Assembly (NCBI GenBank): GCA_051453625.1
Contig: JBOZIK010000001.1
Location: 1,549,798 to 1,612,668, forward strand
DNA: 62,871 nt
DNA from: Welwitschia mirabilis
Taxonomy: Eukaryota
Reading direction: 5' to 3'
The stretch's first letter is position 1, and each line of letters begins with the position of its first letter. This document shows positions 52,917 through 62,871 of this stretch, piece after piece. Under the pieces are notes generated by a model. That model saw nothing but the letters and a program-made list of their open reading frames with translations, ran no database searches and was not told the origin of the DNA. Made by a program: the position numbers and the translations under genes.

Positions 52917-55093
52917 TCAAAATAAATTAACAAATTCTATTCATAGATTACACATAAATAAATAATGAAATAACAATCATACATACAAAGAATAACTAGA
53001 AATAGAATGTAAACCATAAAATAGAAACTACTAGTTTGGATGTACCCAGGATTTATAATGGTTCAGGAACTTTCCTACTCCACTCTTAATGATCAGCTTC
53101 TTTTAAGCTTGATCTTGAATCTCTATTACTTCACAGGTTTTGCCAGGCTTACTTGTTAATCCTTACAAGTGGACTTTTATAGGCTAAGTCTCAACCTTAA
53201 CAATGGACTTTTGTAGGCTAAGTCTCAACCTTTGACAATGAACTTTTGTAGGCTAAGTCTTAACCTTTGACAATGAATAGAAGTTATGCAATGAAGCCTT
53301 CGTAGCTTTGATATCACTTGTTTAGTATCATACATAGAATGGAGCTTTTCTCTAAATGAAAATAGTGATGAGGTCCTCAAATCTGATTCTGAGTGATGTC
53401 CTAATCCAAGAATAGATCTTCTTAATCAGATATGAATCTGTATAATAGATATTCTAATGTAATATGCTAATTGATCTTTCAGATCCACAATGAATATGCT
53501 AATTTGAACACATGCCAAAAGATCTCTAGGTCATCTCTTATCTAAGTATTTATAATGAAGGGTTACTAGGATTTGATACAATTGAATTATGCTCCAATGG
53601 CTATAAATGGCTAGCAAATGGCTAGTTAATGACTAGTTAATGAATACATAATGTCTACATGATTTACTTTTACATACCATTCAATCGACTCCACAAATAT
53701 TAGGTTGACCCCATAGGAAATCAGTCGATCCCATCCTAGGTCTGGTCGACTCCTTATCTCTCGATTTCGAGCTATGTACTTTGTCAGCTTCTCAGGTTTG
53801 GTTGACTCCATCCTAGGTTCAGTTAACTCCTTTCCTTCTAGTCTAGGACTTGACTATTATCTTCTCAAATCTAGTCAACCCATGAATATTTGNNNNNNNN
53901 NNNNNNNNNNNNNNNNNNNNNNNNNNNNNNNNNNNNNNNNNNNNNNNNNNNNNNNNNNNNNNNNNNNNNNNNNNNNNNNNNNNNNNNNNNNNTGAACTTT
54001 TGTAGGCTAAGTCTTAACCTTTGACAATGAATAGAAGTTATGCACTGAAGCCTTCGTAGCTATGATATCACTTGTTTAGTATCATACATAGAATGGAGCT
54101 CTTCTCTAAATGAAAATAGTGATGAGGTCCTCAAATCTGATTCTGAGTGATGTCCTAATCTAAGAATAGATCTTCTTAATCAGATATGAATTTGTATAAT
54201 AGATATTCTAATGCAATATGCTAATTGATCTTTCAGATCCACAATGAATATGCTAATTTGAACACATGCCAAAATATCTCTAGGTCATCTCTTATCTAAG
54301 TATTTATAATAAAGGGTTACTAGGGTTTGATACAATTGAATTATGCTCCAATGGCTATAAATGGCTAGCAAATGGCTAGTTAATGACTAGTTAATGGATA
54401 CATAATGTCTGCATGATTTACTTTCACATACCATTCAATCGACTCCATAAATATTGGGTTGACCCCATAGGAAATCAGTTGACCCCATCCTAGGTCTGGT
54501 CGACTCCTGATCTCTCGATTTGGAACTATGTACTTTGTCAGCTTCTCAGGTTTGGTTGACTCCATCCTAGGTTCAGTTAACTCCTTTCCTTTTAATCTAG
54601 GACTTGACTATTATCTTCTCAAATCTAGTCAACCCCATGAATATTTGGTTGACCCTATTCCTCTCGGTCTGGGACTATTGGTTCTCGAGATCATAGGTCT
54701 GGTCGACCCCTTAATAATCCGGTCGACTCCTATAGGTTTAGTTCATTTCNNNNNNNNNNNNNNNNNNNNNNNNNNNNNNNNNNNNNNNNNNNNNNNNNNN
54801 NNNNNNNNNNNNNNNNNNNNNNNNNNNNNNNNNNNNNNNNNNNNNNNNNCCCTTAATAATCCGGTCGACTCCTATAGGTTTAGTTCATTTCTATTGTGTC
54901 TACTTTAGGTGCAGTTGACTCCTCTAGGATTTGGTCGACTCTCATTAAAGGTAAATAACTTAACAATTTATTTCATGCATTTGGTCCACATCTTTCACCT
55001 ACATAACTCAAACTCATCTACACATAATATCTAATAAATTTTCACTACACAAGAGGAATTAGTTTGATATCAATTGGTAAATATAATCTAACA
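52917..55093 (-). repeat. 3' LTR of element S (length inflated by gap-flank duplications)
   Basis: Matches 60520-61729; ~53238-53892 recurs nearly identically at 53993-~54645 across a gap; three ~34 bp tandem units (ctttt(a/g)taggctaagtctcaacctt..caat) at 53170-53275. Confidence 0.9.
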
Positions 55094-55922
55094 ATCTTCT
55101 CCTTTGACATTGATGGTAAATAATTTAATGATTTTAAAGATTTAAACAATGTAAACTCATTCACTAAACATTTTTAAGAACACATTAAAAATCAAAAAGN
55201 NNNNNNNNNNNNNNNNNNNNNNNNNNNNNNNNNNNNNNNNNNNNNNNNNNNNNNNNNNNNNNNNNNNNNNNNNNNNNNNNNNNNNNNNNNNNNNNNNNNN
55301 NNNNNNNNNNNNNNNNNNNNNNNNNNNNNNNNNNNNNNNNNNNNNNNNNNNNNNNNNNNNNNNNNNNNNNNNNNNNNNNNNNNNNNNNNNNNNNNNNNNN
55401 NNNNNNNNNNNNNNNNNNNNNNNNNNNNNNNNNNNNNNNNNNNNNNNNNNNNNNNNNNNNNNNNNNNNNNNNNNNNNNNNNNNNNNNNNNNNNNNNNNNN
55501 NNNNNNNNNNNNNNNNNNNNNNNNNNNNNNNNNNNNNNNNNNNNNNNNNNNNNNNNNNTTATGATTTACATATTTAAATGATACCATTTGAAAACAAACT
55601 ATAATACAAAATGATAATGTAACATATGATAAGAAAAATTAATTCCTTTATGTTTGAAATCAGAATTTTAATTTTGTTCCAAAGTATACAGCATTTAAGA
55701 GTGTCAAAATAATGCAAAGATTAAGCTCAAACATAAGAATAAATTTCATTAAAAACAAAAATTCCATACTAACTAAGAAAGAAAGAAGAACTTATCAAGA
55801 ACATACATCTAAAAAATTCCATAAAGAAAGGCATAAAACTATTTTTTGATAATAAGAGCAAAAGAGAGAACAACATAACAAAGATCTGAAAGGCAAGAAG
55901 AATTTTAATTTAATTCCTTCTC

Positions 55923-57123
55923 TTATTTTTCTTCTTCTTTAGATTCCTCCTCTGAATCTTCTTCATCTTCTCTAGTACGAGCAGAGCTAGTGCCTTCAGC
56001 TAAAGTATCTACAATATCATATCAAGCTACTATGAGTGCTTCTTTCACATGCCTAGTATGAGAGTCAATTCATTTCAAATATGAAAGAGTCTTATCTGGA
56101 GATGTTGCCTTTGGGGTTTGAGAAGGGGATTTCTTCGAAGGAGTAAAAATATGCATGTGAGATAAAGTTGCANNNNNNNNNNNNNNNNNNNNNNNNNNNN
56201 NNNNNNNNNNNNNNNNNNNNNNNNNNNNNNNNNNNNNNNNNNNNNNNNNNNNNNNNNNNNNNNNNNNNNNNNTCTGGAGATGTTGCCTTTGGTGTTTGAG
56301 AAGGGGATTTCTTCGAAGGAGTAAAAATATGCATGCGAGATAAAGTTGCACGTCCAATGGGTGATAGGGGCTGAAGATTCTCCAATGAAGAATGCAGTTT
56401 AATATAGAAATAGTATTAAATTTTAGTGATAAGCATAGAGTAGGATAGAGCCCTAGTTCTGTGGTAATCTAACTATGAAGCCATATTTTTCAATATTATG
56501 GTAGGAGCATTAATAGAATTCTCAGTTCTTATCAAATACATCAAATAAGCTCTATAACTTGAGGCCTCATCACGATGGCTAGATAAAGGCAGAAAATTAT
56601 AGGTAAAGATCAAGTGGATAAAATGATATTTAGGATTTAATAGAGAAGTAGAAATAGTGTGCTTTCAAGTATGCATTTTACCACAAACATCACTAGTGAC
56701 TACTAGTTTGTCTTCCATTTTATTCCTCAGTGGTCAAAATTCCTCTTAGTATCCTTGAAGAAGGTCAGTCAACTTAGAAATGAGATCTGCTGTTACTATG
56801 ATCCTTCTACCCAAAACTAGGGTTTCTAAACTCCTAGTATCATGATTAAAAGTAGCATTGCAATAAAACATGCTAGTAAGAAAGGGATATGCAGGACCTG
56901 AAACATCTAAGAAATGATTTAGATCTTAATCTCTTAAGAGCCGAATAATATTTCTTAGTTTTCTAAGCTCTGATGAAGTTATAAACTACTCCTGGTACAA
57001 AATTTTCTTTTTGAACTTCTCATAGAACTTATGTAAGGCTTCTTTAGACATTCCATAGAAGAAGTAAGAAGGTTCCCTTAAAGAACCTTCCTTTGAGCCT
57101 CACCTAGAAGTGCTAGCTACCAT
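55923..57123 (-). pseudogene. Extra (env-position) ORF of element S, putative plant transposon protein / Transposase_32-like
   Basis: Single frame from ATG 57123: ..GPAYPFLTSMFYCNATF..LETLVLGRRIIVTADLISKLTDL..LLNPKYHFIHLIFTYNFLPLSSHRDEAS..YLMYLI..INAPTIILKNM..ALSYSMLITKI..acidic tail, stop at 55923-55925; about 10 internal stops; ~340 codons after removing the 178 nt gap duplication. Confidence 0.8.
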
Positions 57124-57599
57124 TCTAAGAACTTTTAGAGAAAAAAAACTGAGAAAAACATTGGATCTAATTATAAAGATTTCTTAAACTTGAAAAAACT
57201 CACTAGATCTGAAGGCTTGAAAGCACTAGAATGAGATGGAAAAGGGTTAGGATTCTAGTTCTTTTATAGAATGAAGAAAATAGGGAGGATTTTACAAAGA
57301 AATTGGGTTCACCAACTATACTTTTGCACTATAATTCATTAGGTCTGGTTGACTGCTCCAACTTATAGTTGACCTGTCGAGATGTAGGTTTATAGTACTG
57401 GAAGGGATCTGGATGATAGGGCTTTCAGGCCAGTTGACCAACCACATCTAGTCGACCACCCTACAATCAGCCAAGGGACAGTGTACTAAACTCCAGATCA
57501 CTTTTATGATAAATAGAATGATTATCAAAACTAGATCTTACATCATAATTAATAGATAAACATTTAATTTTATCACTATCTTTCTTAAATTATTGGTTT

Positions 57600-60343
57600 A
57601 CATGTATTGATGAATCTAGTATTTCAATATCTAAACTGTAAGAATTATCAATGCATTTTGCACATAAAATAATAGAATTTATTTTCTCATTCTCAACTAT
57701 ATATTTAGATTTATCAAAAAATATTCTATTTCCTTTATTACATAGTTGACTAACACTNNNNNNNNNNNNNNNNNNNNNNNNNNNNNNNNNNNNNNNNNNN
57801 NNNNNNNNNNNNNNNNNNNNNNNNNNNNNNNNNNNNNNNNNNNNNNNNNNNNNNNNNNNNNNNNNNNNNNNNNNNNNNNNNNNNNNNNNNNNNNNNNNNN
57901 NNNNNNNNNNNNNNNNNNNNNNNNNNNNNNNNNNNNNNNNNNNNNNNNNNNNNNNNNNNNNNNNNNNNNNNNNNNNNNNNNNNNNNNNNNNNNNNNNNNN
58001 NNNNNNNNNNNNNNNNNNNNNNNNNNNNNNNNNNNNNNNNNNNNNNNNNNNNNNNNNNNNNNNNNNNNNNNNNNNNNNNNNNNNNNNNNNNNNNNNNNNN
58101 NNNNNNNNNNNNNNNNNNNNNNNNNNNNNNNNNNNNNNNNNNNNNNNNNNNNNNNNNNNNNNNNNNNNNNNNNNNNNNNNNNNNNNNNNNNNNNNNNNNN
58201 NNNNNNNTGTATTGATGAATCTAGTATTTCAATATCTAAACTGTAAGAATTATCAATGCATTTTACACATAAAATAATAGAATTTATTTTCTCATTCTTA
58301 ACTATATATTTATATTTATCAAAAATTATTCTATTTCCTTTATTACATAGTTGACTAACACTTAATAAATTGTGTTGTAATCCATTTACATAAACTACAT
58401 TCTTGAGATTAGATGACATACCTCCTTTGATGCTCTTTGTACCTTCTATTTTTGCTACTTGGTTGCTTCTAAAAATGAGTTATCCATCATTTATGCTCTT
58501 TAACTTTTGAAAACTTGATTTATCTCCTTTCATATGCATTGAACAACTGCTATCTAGATACTAGCTTTTCATATGAGATTCTCTACAATTTATCTATTAT
58601 ACAAAGCTTTTGAGATTATTAGTTTTAACCCGCTTAGTCTTATTTGACTTAGGTGGTGTATTCTTCTTTGGGATAAATATAAATGGTAAATTACTCACAT
58701 GATCAGAGGTAAACATCATATATCTAAATTTGCAAAATAGTTTAGAATGACCAAGTCTACCACAAACATTGCATAAGATATTGGATACAAACTTACTTAT
58801 CTAGTTTACCTATTTTTGAGAAATCTGTGCTTCAAAACCAATACCTAATTTGTCTCCATTTTGATTTTGTATTCCAAGCATCCATTCCAGTTTAGATGAA
58901 CTATCAGAAAACTTATTTACAAAGAATGAAATATCATTTACCTGAGTATTTAACCTAAAGTTATCATCTTTGAAAACTTTGCACTTTTCTTCTATTTTCT
59001 CCTTTTTGTTTATGATAGTCTTTACTAATTTATTTAATTCATTAATTATTTTAGCAAGCTTCTCACATTTTACATACAATTCTTGACATGTTACTTCTAA
59101 TTCATCTTCCTCCTCATCAATCATATCTAAGTCATTTGAGATAGAAGTATTAGCCACATTCTTAAGAGATGATACTAGGGCCATGAATAATACTCTCCTT
59201 TCTCTATTTGATTCATGATCTAAGTAGTTTTCTTCATCTTCATCATCTTCATTATTCTAAGTTATCATTAATGAAGAGTTTTTAAGCTTCTTGCTTTTTC
59301 TTTTGGTGTTGGAACATTTGTTATCCATATGTCTAAATCCTTTACATGAATAGCACTAGATTTCCTTTTCCTTGTCCTATTCTCTTCTTTGTTTTGAATT
59401 TCTTTTTCTTGGATTCTTACTTGGTTATCCTTCATTTTTCCTATAGAGAAATGTTTTAAAGCATATAGCTAGAAGATACACATTGTCATTATCAAGTTCT
59501 TTATCTAATCTATCATATATNNNNNNNNNNNNNNNNNNNNNNNNNNNNNNNNNNNNNNNNNNNNNNNNNNNNNNNNNNNNNNNNNNNNNNNNNNNNNNNN
59601 NNNNNNNNNNNNNNNNNNNNNNNNNNNNNNNNNNNNNNNNNNNNNNNNNNNNNNNNNNNNNNNNNNCAATTCTATTAAGCAGAGATATTAGTAGTTTTCT
59701 TACCACTCTGCTTTTTTCTATACATTATCTGAGGCTTGTCATTGAGTTTACTATATCTCTAAGTCTAGCAAAAAATCCCTACAATGTTTCTTCATCATCC
59801 ATATGAATGTCTTTAAATCTAGAAATAAGCATTTACAGTTTAGCTTATTTGATAATGGATGTTCCTTCTTGTATAACTTCCAAAATATCCCAAGCTTTTT
59901 TTGCACGTTTACAATTTACAATCCTTTTAAATTCATCTACACATACTACACAAAAAANNNNNNNNNNNNNNNNNNNNNNNNNNNNNNNNNNNNNNNNNNN
60001 NNNNNNNNNNNNNNNNNNNNNNNNNNNNNNNNNNNNNNNNNNNNNNNNNNNNNNNNNCTACACATACTACACAAAAAATAGTGTTAAGAGAATGGGCATT
60101 TATTGTGGCTTTAGTTTTATCTATGGGAGTCCATTAGTCTCTAGGTTTGGGAACCAAGATACTATTTCTATTTTCATCTATCTAGGCTATCATAGGCATA
60201 GTATCACCTTTGTAAATGACCTCTTATACATCAGCATCTAGGGATCTAAGAAAAATCCTCATCCTAGCTTTCTAATAGGAATAGTTTAAACCATCGAACA
60301 TGGGTGAATGAGTAGTTAAAAATCCATCGGTTGGGTTACTCAT
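57600..60343 (-). pseudogene. Ty1/copia gag-protease relic of element S
   Basis: MSNPTDGFLTTHSPMFDGLNYSY*KARMRIFLRSLDADV*EVI (DUF4219-like), TCKKSLGYF/UBN2-like region, Zn knuckles (~59330-59355, ~58745-58775), coiled coil ending DKLGIGF (ORF 58810-59184), PR *YLDSSCSMHMKGDKS (~58520-58565), LKNVVYVNGLQHNLLSVSQLCNKG. Confidence 0.92.
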
Positions 60344-60519
60344 TTTTAGGGTTCTTAAATCTAGATCTGTAACGATCTCTTAAAGACTAGCCTATGCTCN
60401 NNNNNNNNNNNNNNNNNNNNNNNNNNNNNNNNNNNNNNNNNNNNNNNNNNNNNNNNNNNNNNNNNNNNNNNNNNNNNNNNNNNNNNNNNNNNNNNNNNNN
60501 NNNNNNNNNNNNNNNNNNN

Positions 60520-61729
60520 AATCACAATCATGCATACAAAGAATAAATAGAAACAGAATGTAAACCATAAAATAGAAACTACTAGTTTGGATGTACACAG
60601 GATTTATAGTGATTTGGGAACTCCCCTACTCCACTCTCAATGATTAGCTTCTCCTAAGCTTGATCTTGGATCTCTGTTACTTTACAGATTTTGCCAGGCT
60701 CATCTACTAACCCTTACAAGCAGACTTTTATAGGCTAAGTCTCAACCTTAACAATAGACTTTTATAGGCTAAGTCTTAACCTTTAATAATAAACTTTTGT
60801 AGGCTAAGTTTTAACCTTTGACAATGAATAAAAGTAATGTAATTAATCCTTCATATCTCTTATATCACTTGTTTAGTATCAGTACATAGAATGAAGCTCT
60901 TCTCCAATTGAAAATAGTGATGAGGTCCTTAGATCTGATTTTGAGTGATGTCCTAATCCAATAATAGATCTTCTCAATTAGATATGAATCTGTACAATAG
61001 ATATTCCAATGCGATATGTTAATTAATCTTTTAAATCCACAATGAATATGCCAATTTGAACACGTGCTAAAAGATCTCTAGGTCATTTCTTATCTAGGTA
61101 TTTATAACGGAGGGTTACTAGGGTTTGATACAATTGAATTATGCCTCCAATGCTATAAACGGCTAGAAAATGGCTAGGTAATGGCTAGTTAATGGATACA
61201 TAATGTCTATATGATTTACTTTTTCATATCGTCTGGTTGATCCCATAGAAACTCAGTCGACCCCATCTTAGGTATGGTCAACCTCTTGTCTCTTAGTCTG
61301 GAACTATGCACTTAGTCAGCTTCTTAGGTTTGGTTGACCCCATATTGGGTCTGATCAACCTCTTTCCTTTTAGTCCTGGGACTTGATTGTTAGCTCCTTA
61401 AATCCAGTTGACCCCATGAATATCTAGCAACCCCATTCCTCTCGATCTAGGACTATTAGTTCTTAAGATCATAAGTCTGATCGACTCCTTAATAATTCAG
61501 TTGACCCCTCTGGATTTAGTTTATTTCTATTGTGTCTATGCTAGGTATGGTAGACTCCTCTAGGATCCAGTCGACCCCCACTAAAGGTAAACAACTTAGT
61601 AGTTTCTTTCATGCATTTGGTCCACCTCTTTCACCTGTATAACTCAAACTCATCTTCACATAATATCTAATAAATTTGCACTACATAAGAGGAATTAGTT
61701 TGATATTAATTGATAAATATAATCTAACA
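60520..61729 (-). repeat. 5' LTR of element S (left end in gap 60400-60519)
   Basis: Colinear with the 3' LTR; ends aatctaaca at 61729. Confidence 0.92.
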
Positions 61730-62006
61730 CATTTGGCTTCTCTCAATTTTTAGATCTTTCTAATATGGTTTTAAGGTAGTTCCAAACTTTATATAATGCC
61801 ATACTAAGGAAAGTACCACTACTCATCATCTCTACTAACTACATATTATTTGTAGATAATATATCATAAAAGAAGGTAATTTTTCTCCCTAGCTTGAATT
61901 CATGCTATGGCAATTTTTGTAGAAAATCTTTATATCTCTCTAAGGCTAAGAAAAAAGTCTCATAATCCTTTTATTAATAATTTATTATTTCTCATCCTAA
62001 GACATT
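61730..62006 (-). pseudogene. Athila gag-core fragment, probably the continuation of element E
   Basis: Minus translation EIINY**KDYETFFLALERYKDFLQKLP*HEF matches the gag EI..F.Q...ES...AWERFKDLL..CP.H pattern; same strand and order as E. Confidence 0.7.
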
Positions 62007-62871
62007 TGTTACACTACTAAATTGTATGTATTTGACATGGTATTTTAATTAGTTTTATAAGATATTAAACAAGTTTATGCTAAGTTTTAATGATAATGAA
62101 GTGCTAAGGCAAATGTCATGAAAACATGCAATCTTTATTATATTTATAGTGTTTGAAGCAAATTACTATACTTTCTATTTGAAGTAGCAATCCTACAATC
62201 AAAGAGGGAAATATGACATAAGAAATACTTTACAAAAGCTCATTGTTAACTTAATTATTTAGAAAACTATATAGACAATAAAAGTACTTAAACTAGGAAG
62301 GATGCTTACTAGATTAATATAATAACTAATGTGGAATTTGTATGATGTGGCATTTTCTCCTAGGATGTTTGGATGACTAGTAAGATGAAACCTCAAAATA
62401 ATTCTTTACAAACTTCACCAAATTCTGATCATGTATCCTATACCTTCTTACATGGTTATTAGGGTTGTTACTTTCTTTATTAGTGTTTACTAATTTTAAA
62501 GTCTATTTTGTAATAAATACATCCTCCATCCTTGACTCTATTTTCATCTTCTTGGCACTAAAAATTATTGTGATAGGAGATCAAAGGGCAAGAGATCCAT
62601 TCAATGTTATTACAAAGAGACGTCTTCCTTGGTGTTGGATTATGTATCCTTCATTGAGGTGCTAGTTATTTATAACACGGATTTTAGTTTGACTTAATCA
62701 AAACTCTATTTTTCTTTTCATACTTTTTATTATGCGTAACTCCCTTATGATTTATGTTACTTGTGATTTTGGGATATCTTCATTTATGATATAGATCACA
62801 ATGGTAACCTTTATTAAGATTAACATTATTAGTTTAGGTACATTGCATCTCATTTTCTAGATTAACTTTGC
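62007..62871 (+). repeat. Element G: LTR related to the family D LTR, runs off the window
   Basis: Starts tgttacact; 62540-62670 resembles 25255-25380 (ataggagatcaaaggg..agatccat..tgtatcct). Confidence 0.78.

Larger units (their letters stand above)
52917..61729 (-). mobile_element. Element S: Sirevirus (SIRE)-like Ty1/copia non-autonomous element: gag-PR plus extra ORF, no INT/RT/RH
   Basis: Paired LTRs starting TGTTAGATTATATTT on the minus strand; PPT context TTTACCATCAATGTCAAAGGAGAAGAT|TGTT; copia gag and PR motifs; GTCGAC-rich repeats in the LTRs and upstream of ORF2; gctc at 60396-60399 fits a tRNA-iMet PBS cut by the gap. Confidence 0.9.

Noticed and set aside
53170..53275. Three ~34 bp repeats that could suggest a CRISPR array (also ~60720-60825)
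   Set aside because: Units are contiguous with no unique spacers, lie inside LTRs, and no cas genes are present.
53238..54650. ~650 bp near-identical tandem duplication in the 3' LTR of S (twin ORFs MESTKPEK and MYFVSFSG)
   Set aside because: Straddles a 100-N gap and is absent from the 5' LTR; most likely an unmerged contig overlap or haplotype artefact.
11470..60080. Short exact or near-exact repeats flanking N-runs (11470/11650, 39898/40017, 54710/54850, 56095/56273, 57603/58208, 59937/60058)
   Set aside because: A systematic gap-flank overlap pattern from scaffolding, not biological repeats.
1..62871. Species assignment and host genes or exons
   Set aside because: TE lineages indicate a flowering plant with an AT-rich genome, but nothing here identifies the species; no supportable exon was found, though the window could lie within a very large intron.

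Overview
Very AT-rich plant (angiosperm-type) nuclear DNA from a gapped draft assembly (16 N-runs). No intact host gene, RNA gene or CRISPR array is supportable. The window is a nest of old, mutated LTR retrotransposons. From left to right: (A) minus-strand Athila-like Ty3/gypsy gag-pol relic, 1-4990; (B) two ~5 kb direct repeats with Tekay/Del-type LTR termini and a PPT between them, 5091-15956; (A') a second gag copy of family A with a tRNA-Asn PBS, 15957-~17850; (C) a gag-protease-only Athila element, 18276-~36605, whose 5' LTR is split by (D), a plus-strand gag-protease-only element with a duplicated internal region and a TSD, 24688-35571; a Ty1/copia RT-RNase H relic, ~37050-38330; (E) an Athila element with full pol, ~39300-62006, whose gag is interrupted by (F) a near non-coding Athila derivative, 45947-52272, by (S) a Sirevirus-like copia element lacking INT/RT/RH but keeping an extra ORF, ~52917-61729, and by (G) another LTR running off the window. 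The most interesting observations are structural: a probable three-LTR tandem element, repeated pol-less gag-PR elements in both superfamilies, giant LTR-like repeats with almost no interior, and decay dominated by C>T/G>A changes. I found no evidence for a new functional biological system. All alignments and translations were done by eye, so identities and some boundaries are approximate.
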